NCBI GenBank assembly: GCA_964016885.1
Contig: OZ024740.1
Span: 198,276,001-198,340,000 of the forward strand
Reading direction: 5' to 3'
Origin: Eledone cirrhosa
Taxonomy: Eukaryota
Length of the DNA: 64,000 bases
Shown: piece by piece, positions 24,503-38,241 of the stretch
How the letters are laid out: every line of letters begins with the position of its first letter
How positions within the stretch are numbered: position 1 is the first letter of the stretch
Translations under genes and position numbers: made by a program
The notes under the pieces: generated by a model
What the model saw: the letters and a program-made list of their open reading frames with translations, nothing else
Databases searched by the model: none
What the model was told of the DNA's origin: nothing

Positions 24503-27500
24503 ATAGATATATTTCTTCTCTTGCCACAGGGCCACAAAAGATGGGGACAAATACAAATACAAAGTGGGGAGTTTACATAAAAGCGTATAAAAATAGAACT
24601 AGTAAATAAATACCAAATAACAGTTGAAATCACCAATAGGGGGGAGGCGCTACACATGGGTTGTACACACCTCGAAAAAATGTACAACCCTCTTCTCCAG
24701 GAGCACGAAGAGCGACGCTCCTTTCCTCTCTTCCTCTTTTTACTCAACCTACAGGTTTACATAGAGAGAAGGCCCAACCACTCGTGACATTCTTGCCACT
24801 TTCACCCACCTTTCGTAAAATTTGCTGGGGTGCAGCACACTTCTCTCTCCAATCTGATTCTTCTTCCAATTGTGATATTTGAAGAAGCGAACCAGTTATT
24901 CGCCGGAGAGAAAGGTGTCTGACCTCAGCCCTTTCAGCCTCGTCCACCATATAACCTCTTTCACCATAGCCATTAAACAGAGGAAAACCGCCTCTCCTTC
25001 GTTTTTGAAGAAGGGTGGCGGTTTGAGCGTGATGATGGACTCGGTGGTCAACCGGATTTGTCTCACCCGCGACAGTAGCCGTTCTGCGTAGGTCCACAGT
25101 TCGGTCACGTCCGGACAGTGTACGAATTCGTGCGCGACGGTTTCCTCGTTTCGCATGCATCTCGGACAGATCTTTTCCGAGGGATCCCTGCCGGGCGTCC
25201 GTGTCTGTAGAGCTTGTCTCGAACGGGTAGAGCTCCTCGGTAGCACTGCCAGGCCAGGGACTTTTGGTCAGTTCGTCTTCCTCTACGCCTAGAGTTTCTC
25301 CAAGAGTGTCGTCACACTTGCTGCGCACCAACCCTCTATAGAATGACGAGGTGGAGTCTCCACCGATCGCCGGGTTCGTTTGCCAGAGGACTGTGACCGC
25401 CTGAGCACATTCGACGTGCCAGTCGCCCATTTTCCTTGGTCTTTGCCTGACACAGGATCGCAGCTCCGTCAGCGAGACGAGTCGCGGGAAAGCTCGCCTC
25501 ACGAACGGGGCCAACACCAGTTGTTAAGTGAGGAATACGTGCAGGTGCCGCAGCCTGAGCGCGTGTTTTCGCATCGCCAGCCACGGCAGCACAGCCCTCT
25601 GTTTGAAGGGTGGTGACAGCAGATGGACCTTCTCACCAAAGCAGCCTGCTTCTTCCAAAGGAATTGAAAGAGCGTGCGCTCCATTTTTGCGAGCGTTTTA
25701 CCTGGACAAGGCATGACGGTCAAACGATAGTAGATGACGGATGCTATGAAAGTGTTCGCCACCTCCGCTCGACCTTTCAGGGATAGTTTGCATTCAGCCC
25801 ACTTCTGGGCGAGCGCAAACACCTTGGTCATTACCTTATTCCATTTTTTGTCCACCTGGAGGTCCGGTCCGGACCAGACCAGCTTCACCGCTCCTTCCGT
25901 CCAGCGTCCCACGACGCCGTCGGAAAGCATCGGCCTGCCTCTCCACGATCCGAGTTGCAAACCGACGGACTTGTCCCGGTTCAGCTTCGCTCCTGTGAAC
26001 CTTTCGTATTCCTTCAGTAAGTTGCCGACCTCCCCGATTTGCGAGGTGCTCGACGCCATTACTGTCACGTCGTCGGTGTAGGCCGACGCCGCTCTTCGCA
26101 GTCCGGGTTCCAACGGGATGCACTGTAGTAGCTCCTACTTCCGCAGTACTGGCTCAAGAGTCAGTACGTACAGAAGGGAGGAGAGAGGGCATCCTTGTTG
26201 GATGGATCGCGCGATTTGGAACGGCTTCGAGAGGTAGCCATTCACCTTGACCCTTGAACAGATGTTGCTGCTGTGCATGGCAGCAATCCAGCTCCTGAAC
26301 ACGGGTCCGAAGCCTGCCGCCGCGAGCACCGCATCCAGGTAACGATAGTCGACTCTATCGAATGCCTTAGACTGATCCAAATTCATCAGTTCCCCACCGA
26401 AGCCGGATTCACACCCTACCCTCTCTACGATGTATCGCATGAGTTGGAGGTTGTCGTGTATAGACCTGGTCGGGATTGCGCATGTCTACGCTTCTCCCAC
26501 CAGGTTTTTGACAAGCGCCAGTCTCTTTTCTAACACCTTGGCCAAAATCTGTAACTCTGTATTTAGCAAAGTTATGGGCCTGAAGTTAGTAATGTCATCC
26601 CCCTTGTTCTCGTCCTTCCTGACCAGCGTGACTACGCCCTTGGTCACAGAACTGGGAATTCTGCCAGTTGCAGTAGACCGATTCGAGGAGACGGGAGAGC
26701 AAGTCCGGCATTGCTACGTAAAATTCGTAGGGTAGACCGTCGAGATCTGGCGATTTGCGTTTGCCACATTGGCTCAGCACGTCCCCTATCTCAGCGGCGG
26801 AAATCGGCCTTTCGCAGAACTTCGTCTCCCCGTCCGAGAGTAGCAGCAGGCCGTCGAGGTATGGGCCAAAATCCATAATAGGCGCGTCACCCCCCCCCCC
26901 CCCCCCGAACAGCTCTGCAAAGTGTCGCTGAAAAGCCGCGCACAACTGCTCCGGTACAATTATCACGCATCCATCATGATCCTTCAAAGACCGAATCGTG
27001 GACTTGTTGCCACTCCTCCCATCTGTCACTCGGGCCCAGCTAACAGCTTTGGCTCTCTCGTTTCCTAGAGCACGTGTTTTACTCCTGACAACGCAGCCTT
27101 CGTGCTTTGCGTCGAAGAACTGGTCCAAGGCCGTTCTTGTCGCTAGCACGTTAGCTACGCTGCCACTCCGAATCGCCTCTTCTACTCCTAATCTACCAGT
27201 TGCCTTTCGGTCTTCTTCCTATCTAACGTTAATTCCTTACTAAATCCTATCGATTCTAATCTAATTGCTCTCTTGAGAGAGACCCACCACCTGTTGTTGA
27301 CAATTGCCCACGTCAACTGTTGTTTAACTAAAGTGATAATCCGTCTACTGTGGACTTTGCATGTCGGTAACAAGTTCAGCTTCCAGTAGCCGGGTCCCTG
27401 CCTATAGGTCACTAGTTTGTGATCTGAATAAGCAACGATGAACATGTGTGGACAGCTTAACATGTCCCTATCCTTATCTCTAATTAGAAACCTATCTAAG

Positions 27501-27575
27501 TACGATCTAGATGTGCCGCTGCCGTTCGTCCACGTCCACAGTGGCGCAGTCGGGAAATCTAGTCGGTATCTATAT
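24502..27575 (-). mobile_element. Tx1/L1-clade non-LTR retrotransposon, 5' truncated, frameshifted ORF2 (APE end, RT, zinc knuckle)
   Basis: WTW..SYLDRFLI..SDHKLV..GPGYWKLN; SPDLDGLPYEFY; PITLLNTE; LDQSKAFDRVD; QGCPLSSLLY; YTDD; CPRC..ETVAHEFVHC. Confidence 0.93.
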
Positions 27576-28235
27576 TGATAGATAGATAGATAGATACATT
27601 TGATGGCACTCACTTGAGTTTGCTCATGTGCTTGTGTCAGTATTCGTGTGGTCCTACATCGCTGTTGTATGAAAATGCTTCCCGACTTTTATTCCTCTTC
27701 CACTCCCGCCACATCTTCGTTATATTCCTATCCACGTACGCAGTGATTTCATACTTCATTGTACGGTGGTCTCTGGTTGTACTGTCGTAGCGTCGTCTAT
27801 GATGCATTGCGGTATCTCTTACGACCAAACCCACGAAACGGGGTGAGGCGACGGACATGAATGTACTATTGTTTTTTTTTTCTGGCCTTACACACGAGCC
27901 AGGTGAATATACACATGTAGGCCTACACAGCTAACCAACCGGTCAATAATTGACACTCGTTGCTTTAGTCGGCTTATGCACGATTCGGAGATGGTTCGTC
28001 GCAACAATGACACCGATATGGCTGGATATCTCCGAATCAAATATATTCTCTATTCTCTGTTTGTATTTACTGTAATCCTGTTTCGATCAACTAATTTTTG
28101 TAACCTAGGCCTGATGACGTCGCCAAAAGTCTTACGTCGCGATCTTATAGAGTAACTAGTCAATAGATATACGTATTGTGATTTTGCACATTAAAAGAAT
28201 ATTTCGAGTCGGGCCTCCTATTGTTTATATATATA

Positions 28236-28282
<47 letters not shown>

Positions 28283-28799
28283 ATAATAATAATAATAATT
28301 ATTATTATTATTATTATCATTATTATTAATAATTCGTAGTGATTTAGTGCTTTTTGAAACATTGGATAACTTTAATATACTGCCCCACGAGGTTGAGCGG
28401 AAATCAGGAGACAAATGTGTGCGTCCATTTGAATAAACATCAAAAGGTTTCACTCGAATCTAATGACTATGCGATCGTTGCAAAAAACATTTAGCTCATA
28501 AATATACATCCACTAATAGATAGATATCTAATTTAATAATGTATTTCATTACAACATTTTAGTAATTCCATAAGATATTTATTTAGTAATTTCATAATAT
28601 ATTTTATTTTATTATTGCTAGGTTGTACTATGCTTGTGTACGTAGGGCAACGTTGCGCGGTAGGCACATGTGGGCATTGAAAGTAAAAGATGTACGAAGT
28701 TTGGAACAAATGGAATAGCCATGCTTCATTGTATGTGTAGTGTTAATGCACATGATTAATGAAACACAGATGGGTTGAAAGAAAGGCCGAGTATAAGTC

Positions 28800-29050
28800 A
28801 GGACAGAGGTAGTTTGTAAGAGAGAACAACTACACTAGAACGGTATTGCGTATGAATTACGAACCTTTGATAAAGATGTGCCAGGCATTCATAGTAAGAG
28901 AGGAAGCCCAAAGAAGATAGGAACAATGGTCAAATTAGGTTTCTAGAAAATCACACAATGGAAAAGCAGACGTTGTTTTAGAGAGGACACATCCAACTCA
29001 TTAGGGTATGGAAGGGGGGAATTAAAGGTAAAGAGGATGATGATGATGAC
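28800..29050 (+). mobile_element. Possible very old RTE-type LINE 3' remnant
   Basis: RG.PKK-like codons, acacatccaactca..atgga block, (ATG)n tail. Confidence 0.3.
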
Positions 29051-30040
29051 GACGATGGTGATGGTGAGGATGATAGTGAATATAGAGCTGGTTATAATTG
29101 CTTCGACTAAATTATATACTACTAGATTATACCAAAAGTAAAATGGTTCTGCTTTTCATATGTGTGCTGTTACATAGAACATGAAGCGAGTTACATTTGA
29201 GACTGATAAAGAAGCAACAGAAATTGCCGATTTAATGTTTGGGGAGTTAGTAAAATCCTTAGATTCATTTAAAGAAAGAAAACAATATCAGGAATGGGTC
29301 CTTGGATCTATTGATATATTAGTAATATTCAGAAAATTATTTAAAGATTGAAACGTAATGCAGTCGTTGAAAGACAGACATATATTTAATTCGTTTCAAG
29401 GCAGAATATTGTTTGAGAATTTTTATGAGAAAAAAAATATATTGGATAGATATAGAGGAATTAAAATAATAATATTAATCTGCAAATATTAATATATTAT
29501 ATTACATGTTTAAAGTGCCTGAAGCGCTGTATTGCCGCTGGCAAAAGAGAAAAGTGTAAAAATATATTAAAAGTTTCAAACAGAAATATCAAGTTGAAAT
29601 TGAAAGATGCATTGATGAATACAATCTTGTTATCAAAATGATTGCCATTCTAAATGTATATTTCATTTTTTTAAAAAGATTAACAGTTTTGTTTTAGGAA
29701 GATATTAAGTTTTAGTGAGCAAATGCAATTAAAATTGAGTCTATATTTACAATGAAGCAAATGTCTAGAGTAACTGATGATTCGTTCACCTTGCAAAAGA
29801 TGAACTTGTTCAAAACCTATCGATTCAAATAGTCGATTATTCCTAACTTTCTAACATACTTGTCCCAAAATGTTTACCATCTTTGTTTACCTTTGTTTAC
29901 CTTTCTATAAGAATATTTTCGTTAGTATACTTTCGTGGCTACGCATTACTGACAACACATTTTGGACAGGATTATTTTAAAATACACCTGGCAGTACCAT
30001 GCCATATTACATATACCTAGCTAACAACACACACACACAC

Positions 30041-30240
<200 letters not shown>

Positions 30241-30593
30241 GCATTTTCTGATTTTTTAATTATACTTCACTAAGTGCTCATTTCTAATTAGAAAATTCTA
30301 TTTAGATACATATAATTGGGAATTTCTAATTATAATTTCTCACTACATAGTTTTGAAGTAGGATTTCCTCATTATGCATTTTTCTTAACACTGCACATCT
30401 AATTACATTGCACTGATTATGGTGTACATATATATATAGATATACATGAATAAATATATATATATATAAATATACACACACAAAGATTTCACAATTCATT
30501 CTAAATATAAATTTCTTCTTTACGCATGTCTAATTAGAGGTTTTCAATTAACTATTTCTATTTCTAATTTGCACACAAACAGACACTAATATG

Positions 30594-30622
<29 letters not shown>

Positions 30623-30626
<4 letters not shown>

Positions 30627-30826
30627 AACCAGTAAGACCCCGACAGCTGAGCTCAAGCCGTTTCGACGGCTAATTCTGGACATTCTGAGTCCAGAATTAG
30701 CCGTCGAAAAGGCTTGAGCTCAGCTGTCGGGGTCTTACTGGTTCCTATTACCCACTCTACTACCTCAAGTATTGAGTACTTTGGTGCGTTATGGTCCACC
30801 TGGTTCCTTACCACATTTCCTTCGTT
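30623..30826 (+). mobile_element. Mini fold-back derivative of the pLTR end of the PLE at 58300-61833
   Basis: ~58-bp inverted arms, then attacccactctactacc..ccttcgtt, matching 58300-58446 reversed. Confidence 0.85.
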
Positions 30827-30897
30827 ATATATATATATATATATATAGATTTGTGTGTGTGTATATATATAAAAATATGCCTGTATGTATATATGTA

Positions 30898-31261
30898 GAG
30901 AGATAACCCCTTAGCCTTCGTCAAGGCAGAATTCTAGGAGAAGGAAAACTCTGATATAACACCTGCAACCCTGATGGTATCCAATGTTGTTGACTTGTTC
31001 TTCTTTTTGGTAAATATCATCTTGGTTAAGAGAGTGGGACTGGCTTTGTGCAGTGCCTTTGCTCACTATAAAAGCTTCACGGCACAGGCATTGCTTTATA
31101 TCTGGAGATCACTCTGCACTTGTTGTCACATGGTACTAAGGGCCCAGCACTGTGTCAATAATTGTCACAAGTGTAGTGTTTGTACCAGAGTGCATCGGTA
31201 GGGGTTCTCCTACATGGATATAAAGTGGTGGCCGTACTCGAAAACGAGTTGGCAGCCACCA
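30898..31261 (+). mobile_element. Truncated, internally deleted copy of the 609-bp element
   Basis: Matches 3416-3823 with a ~40-bp deletion. Confidence 0.85.
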
Positions 31262-31565
31262 TATATATATATATATATACACACATATATTTATACAAGC
31301 ACACATACATGCACACACATACACACCCACACAGACACACACACACATATATATATATATATAAATATATATATATATATGTAGTAATAATAATAAATTT
31401 GAAAACTAAAATCCAAAGAGGGCTCGATAAGGATAAATATATATCAAATATATAAGAACCGTAGAGAAAATATTTATTAAAATAACAGATTAAAGTTTAA
31501 GCAAAGAATCGTTGCTGCTTTCACAGCGATTCTTTGCTTAAACTTTAATCTGTTATTTTAATAAA

Positions 31566-31873
31566 TGATATATAGACAGAATAAATAAAAATGGCGTAGA
31601 CATACAATGCAACGGGAGGAAACAATAGCACCACTGACGATGTTGCAGATGTGCAACGAAAGAACTCTGATAAACTATATATATGTGTTTGTGTCTATAT
31701 TGTATCTGTATTATTTTTGACCGCCGGTCAGTCAATGGCAACATTGAGGACCGAATAAATTGGGATTCCCGATATAAAAGACACAGAAGCGAAAAGCGAA
31801 AACCAACCAAACAGTGAATGTGTTCTGTTATTAATTCTGGCAATATTACACAAATATGACCCTCGCCAAGTAT

Positions 31874-31880
<7 letters not shown>
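31566..31880 (+). mobile_element. pLTR-like element with hammerhead core (homolog at 44915-45190 minus)
   Basis: CTGACGA-t-gttgca(gatg)tgcaac-GAAA at 31634-31661; CTGATGA version at 45117-45144 minus. Confidence 0.7.
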
Positions 31881-31936
<56 letters not shown>

Positions 31937-32360
31937 TGTGTGGGTGTATATGTGTGTGCATGCCTGTGTGCTTGTATAAATATATGTGTATATATATATA
32001 TATACATATATACATACAGGCATATGTGTATATATATACACACACACAAATCTCTCTCTCTCTATATATATAACATATTAGTGTCTGTTTGTGTGCAAAT
32101 TAGAAATAGAAATAGTTAATTGAAAACCTCTAATTAGACATGCGTAAAGAAGAAATTTATATTTAGAATGAATTGTGAAATCTTTGTGTGTATATTTATA
32201 TATATATATATTTATTCATGTATATCTATATATATATGTACACCATAATCAGTGCAATGTAATTAGACGTGCAGTGTTAAGAAAAATGCATAATGAGGAA
32301 ATCCTACTTCAAAACTATGTAGTGAGAAATTATAATTAGAAATTCCCAATTATATGTATC

Positions 32361-32460
32361 GCTGCTTTCACCCTTAACGGGATCTTCTTTCAGAAGATCC
32401 AGTTAAGGGTGAAAGCAGCGATTCTTTGCTTAAACTTTAATCTGTTATTTTAATAAATAA
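32361..32460 (+). mobile_element. Short fold-back pLTR end (related pieces at 5825-5886 and 31477-31565)
   Basis: Shared ttctttgcttaaactttaatctgttattttaat end; partial hammerhead gaaga-tccc(gttaa)gggt-GAAA. Confidence 0.6.
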
Positions 32461-32464
32461 ATAA

Positions 32465-32526
<62 letters not shown>

Positions 32527-33009
32527 GATCATAAACAGACGTACACATGTACACACACATACTTATAAAATATATATTCAGGCGCATTCTATTTGTTGTA
32601 ATTATACACTAATATATACATAGAAACTCGTTATCTTCCCTCAATTATCGGAAGCTTATGTAATATGTAATGTGACACGTTCAATTAAGCAGCCACCATT
32701 ATACAACGTAATGTGACACGTTCAATTAGTCAGCCGTAATTCCATATACTAATTGCATGCAGCACAGTAATCATATTTATAGTGAATCACACATCCACTA
32801 TAAATTAGATACAGTTAAGTCTCTTTACCCGATTGTATCTGGATGTATCACAAATTATACAGAAACGTTTACTGTTCCTTTATGCACTACAATACTAAAG
32901 TTTGTCTAATTACCATCATCTCCTTGTTGAATTGTAGGGTCAGCGACTGATGTGTAGCGTGTCTACATCTTTTCAACCTGATGGAACCCATCCTTCTCCA
33001 ATTTCATCC

Positions 33010-33422
33010 AGAGAGTGATAGATAGATAGATAGATAAATAGAGAGAGAGAGAGAGAGAGAAGGGAGAAAGGAAGAGAGAGAGAGAAGAGAAAAGAGAGAG
33101 AGAGAGAGAGAAGGGAGAAAGGTAGATAGGGAGAAAAGAGAGAGAGAAGGGGGAAAGGAATAGAGAGAGAAAAGAGAAAGAGATGAAGGGAGAGATGAAG
33201 AGAGGGAGAGAGAGAGAAAAGAGGTAGTGGACGAGAGAAAGGAAGAGAGAAGGGAGAAAGGAAGAGAAGAGAGAGAGGAAGAGAGAGAGTGAGGGAGAGA
33301 GGAAAAAAAGAGAGAGAGAGAGAGAGAGAGGAAGAGAAAGAGAGGTAGAGAAAGATAGAGCAAGAAAGATAGAGGAAGAGAGGAAGAGAAGAAGAGAGAT
33401 AGAGAGAGTGAAAGAGAGAGAA
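33010..33422. repeat. Polypurine (GA)-rich tract
   Basis: Direct inspection. Confidence 0.95.
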
Positions 33423-34137
33423 GACTGGTACTTTATAGTTTTATAGACCTTGAAAGAGTTAAAAGCTAATTCGATTTGAACCCAGAACATATTCTATCAG
33501 GCATTCTAACGAATATCGATTTATCTTATGCCTAAATAAACCCAGCTAATTATACATTCTCACTTACCACGAATTGCCACGAGATGAAACTTTGTTATTT
33601 ACATAGATCATTATTGTCAGTTGGGTCATCATTGTGTGTATTCAGCTTATTGAAGTGTTTATTGACAGCGACCAGATAAATCCATTTGCTGTTACCTTCA
33701 TACATTGCAAATCGTCTAGTGTCGGAAATGATTGAAACCTGTGGCTATAACAAGGTTTGATATCTGTGACTTACTATGTCAATGTCAATTGTTCGTGATT
33801 TACTCAACCGCTTGACAAGTTGTGCAATTATAATATATATGTTTTTACATATTACAATTTATAAGTACCGCTGTTTCTGTAATATTGTCGTATGCTTACG
33901 CTCAGGAATACGATTTTTTTCGCATCTACTTCTCATTGAGCTTTTACGGAACAACGAAATGGTTTTATTTCGATTTATTTTTGTCTGTTTTATATACTGC
34001 TCCCTTAATTGTTTGGTGTGCTCTATCAAAACGAGTTCGTGAGCTATTGCTAGCTCCCTCATAAACCAATTTGACATCCGTTTGACGCAAAAAGCCCAAT
34101 GTATCTGTTGTATTCCGGTGTGATGGTATAATGTATG

Positions 34138-35327
34138 GACAGAAATTACGATTAACAATTAGAAACGTTAAATTTATGTTTAGAGTTAAAAAAGGCCATT
34201 TAAGATGAAGTTAGAAAAATAATGTTTAGGTTTGAAGTTGTGAGATTTAGTTAAAGAATTTACAGGAGGCTTTTATGAAAAAGTTTAAGTGTATTATAGA
34301 TAGTCACGATAAAGTTTCAGGGTAGAATATAGAGTAAAGATTAAACCCATGCTTACTCCCTACATCACCACCCTAGGTATGACTGCATTTTATTAATGTG
34401 TTTATGTATTTTACGTACGGTTTTATTTATGCATTTATATACCTGCTTTACTCTCATTATATACTTATCCTTGTACTCATTAGCACACGACCCTAGAATA
34501 TTACTCTCTGTACCCTTATGTCTGTTTATCTGTATTCACTACCCCTACCCACCCAGGAATCACAATATATATATCCCGGACTAACTGAGGACTAAATATA
34601 GACTATTTGCACATTTCATCAGAGTTTACCACTTTCAACCTCACATCACGGGTGTGAATAACTAATAATCGTTTGGTACACGCGATGTTCCGTCGGATAT
34701 GGTGGCTCTCCCGACTGCACGCCAGGCGCTCGGGTCGATCAGCCTTCCTTGAGTGCTTGGAAAAATAAATTTCCTTTTCTTTCGGTAAACGAAAATACTC
34801 GGAACGGCTGCTTCACCCTGGGGCCCTGTCGGACTTGGAACCCGCCGAGACACCGGTTATTGACCAAACAGTACCTTTAAATTCTAGGCTTAATGATGAC
34901 TTTTAACTTTATCTTGCCTCCTTCTACTAGCACTGAACTAAATCCCCCACCAGTGTGAATAACTAGTAATCGTTTGGTATATACGATGGCCAGCGGACGG
35001 TGGCGGACTCCCCGCTAACACACCCGACGCTTAAGACAGTTAACATTCCTGGAGTGCTCGGAAAAATAAATTTCCTTTTCTTTCGCTAGACAATAATACG
35101 CTGGTTATTGATCGATAAGCATAGGCTTAATCTTTACTCTATAATCTACCCTGAAACTTTATCGTGACTATCTATAATACACTTAAACTTTTTCATAAAA
35201 GCCTCCTGTAAATTCTTTAACTAAATCTCACAATTTCAAAACTTATTTTTCTAATTTCATCTTAAATGGCATCTTCTGACTCTAAACATAAATTTAACGT
35301 TTCTAATTGTTAATCGTAATTTCTGTC
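34138..35327. mobile_element. ~1.19-kb non-autonomous TIR element with ~215-bp inverted ends
   Basis: 34138-34355 is the reverse complement of 35116-35327; ATG on both flanks; internal diverged direct repeats at 34652 and 34953. Confidence 0.7.
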
Positions 35328-35643
35328 ATGCAGACGCCCACTATATATTACTATATATAGATTTGTTAAAGATATATGTTCTTTGATATTTTTCGCGGCA
35401 CTTTCTAGCACGCATGACCAGCTTGATTGTGAGCTGACCTCAACGCTGGCCTCTGTCTTTGACGGAGTGGTAGTAGTACACTATAAGCCTACACCCCTTC
35501 ACCAGATGGACATAAGTAGGCTTAATAATCACCACTTCAGGGCGGCCGACTGGGGTAGAAGCTGCTAAATGTTCCGTCGCCCTCATGTCTCTTATTTTCA
35601 GCCCCATGGATTTTGTCTATTATATTCCTTTGTTATATTTCGA

Positions 35644-35700
35644 ATACCTGATGAATCCCCGGGTTTATACTGATCCCGGTCATTGAAATGATCATAGTAT
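35644..35700 (+). ncRNA. Type I hammerhead ribozyme
   Basis: atac-CTGATGA-at..ccggg/cccgg..att-GAAA-tgatca-TA-gtat. Confidence 0.75.
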
Positions 35701-36204
35701 AATAAACCTTTTAAGGAATTACACCAGTCCAGTGTCCTGTTATCTTATAATAATTAACTGCGCACTCGCACCACCAACTACACAAACGAAGACAAGTGAG
35801 TTGCATTACATCCATAATATTACATCGAGATTGACCATACGGAATGACCAGTTCTATCCAGTGGTGAACCAACAAACCTAAATAAATAAATATATATATA
35901 GTAATAATAATAAATTTGAAGACTAAAATCCAAAGAGGGCTCGATAAGGATAAATATATTCATTTAAATTATTGGCGTATTGTTTTATTGATATTTTTTA
36001 TCTGTTTGTCCCGAATCTTCTATTATCGATTTTTTATCGTATGGTTGATTGTAGACTTGTTCTATATGTGACGGTATTTTAACGATAGTTATAGCTCTGA
36101 TTCATCTGAATTATTGAGCCCTCTGCCGCTCATTTCGAATTTTGTTTATCGTGAACTCGTGCGCCGATTTTTCGATACTCGATCTTTCTAATATATATAT
36201 ATAT

Positions 36205-36950
36205 GTTGAAGTTTCCGTGGAAAAAGTAAAAGGAATGAAGAGTGCTCTATGTAAGTTACAGAGCTAAATATTTAATGTATAATAAACAATACAGTATAAT
36301 TACCTCATTACCCGAGGTTTCCCGAACAGCACGAACTCAAGAGACGTCCGCATTCGATAGTCAGATGAAGTAATATAACATAGTGAGATATTTGAAAAAA
36401 GCTCATCAAGAAAGGCTAAAAAGTTTAATGGGCAAACATTATAAATAAAAGTAAAAAGACAAATAATATATAAAAATATATAAAATTTAAAAATAAAGAA
36501 GTATAGTGAGATGATGTGTGTATATGTACATACATATGCGCATGTGTGTATATGTACATACATATGTACTTATGTACATGTGTGTGTATGTACAATTGCA
36601 TGTGTATAGTGAAAAACATGTATGTGTAGGTACATACATGAGGACAAATATATAGGTGTATGTGTGACCACAAATACACATATATTTTAAAATTAGAAAT
36701 TGTAAGATAATGAAGTTTGCGTACATGCAGACGCAAAGACTAAGGACTGGTGTATCTACACACACAAACATAAAATGACGCACGCACACAAACATATACA
36801 CACGCACCCACATACATGTATACAATATACACAGGGAAGGGAGTGTATAAAGTCATACGCAGAGTCACTGCGTATGACTTTTCCCTGTTCGGGAAACCTC
36901 GGGTTATGAGGTAATTATACTGTATTGTTTATTATACATTAAATATATAT
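36205..36950 (-). mobile_element. Hammerhead element with inverted end copy (36886-36945)
   Basis: Minus 36303-36370: cttcat-CTGACTA-tcgaa..ttcgg-GAAA-cctcggg-TA-atgagg. Confidence 0.7.
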
Positions 36951-37004
36951 ATATATATTTACACACCAACACATACATAGACAGACAAACAGACATATAG
37001 ACAG

Positions 37005-37074
<70 letters not shown>

Positions 37075-37083
37075 GTATGTATG

Positions 37084-37116
<33 letters not shown>

Positions 37117-37143
37117 TATCCCTATTAGCTTTCTCCGATAATG

Positions 37144-37182
<39 letters not shown>

Positions 37183-37188
<6 letters not shown>

Positions 37189-37448
37189 ATATTAAATAAT
37201 TGGAAACTATATTTATAAAACCATATTTATTCTATTATATATATTTCAACGGTACCAAAGATTTTGGTACACTTTCATCAGATAAAATACAAAGAGTGTT
37301 TTATAAATTTTGACATAGCCAAGGAAAAAATACCTTATCAGTTGAATTTTCCTTTGAAAGCGTACCAAAATCGTTGGTACCCAAGAAATATCTATAATAG
37401 AATAAATATGGTTTTATAAATATAGTTTTCATTTATTTAATATCATTG
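37183..37448. mobile_element. Mini fold-back derivative of the pLTR end of the PLE at 1-2325
   Basis: 37183-37350 is the reverse complement of ~2150-2325 with an intact hammerhead (37228-37290 minus); partial plus-strand copy follows. Confidence 0.85.
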
Positions 37449-37504
37449 AATATTTATTCCAGAAAACTGTCGAGTGCTCTGAATCAACCAATATAAATAT
37501 ATTT

Positions 37505-37745
37505 GTTGAAGTGGTTACACAGCAGTTAGTTCACCATACCGAGAACAATTGTTTCACCTTAGCGGATCCTCAGCTCGTAATGGACATCGTTATACGGTAT
37601 ATATCCATGTCCATTACGAGCTGAGGATCCGCTAAGGCGAAACAATTGTTCTCAGTATGGTGAACTAACTGTTGTGTAACCACTTCTACCTAACCCGTCC
37701 CATGGACTGAGTGCTCTACGGATATTACCTTCCAGTGTTCTAACA
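37505..37745. mobile_element. Fold-back element with a hammerhead in each arm
   Basis: gag-CTGAGGA-tcc(gcta)aggc-GAAA-caattg-TT-ctc at 37618-37653; mirror copy at 37541-37576. Confidence 0.75.
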
Positions 37746-37841
<96 letters not shown>

Positions 37842-37924
37842 TTAGGGTAAACATTGATGCAATTCAGAACAGTGTGGCCAGTGTCGTCATTGAACTATAT
37901 ATCACACCATTATTATTAAAGGAC

Positions 37925-38108
37925 GGTGAATTGGCAGTATCGGTAGAGGGTCGGACGCCATGCTTTGACGCATAGAGTTACGGCCCTTGCCATTCTGAGT
38001 TCAAATCCCGCCGAGGTTAAATTTACCTTTCATCCTTACGGGGTCGATAAAATAAAGTACCAGTAATGTACTGTGTAATTTGCTGGCCTTGTGCCAATAG
38101 TAGAAACA
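37925..38108 (+). mobile_element. tRNA-derived SINE, full length, 16-bp TSD
   Basis: TSD attattattaaaggac at 37909-37924 and 38109-38124. Confidence 0.9.
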
Positions 38109-38154
38109 ATTATTATTAAAGGACTTGAACATCTGAAACTACTTCGCTTTTAAT

Positions 38155-38241
<87 letters not shown>

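Larger units (their letters stand above)
30306..32359. repeat. Large inverted duplication with nested insertions in the left arm
   Basis: 30306-31380 (minus its insertions) is the reverse complement of 31880-32359. Confidence 0.85.
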
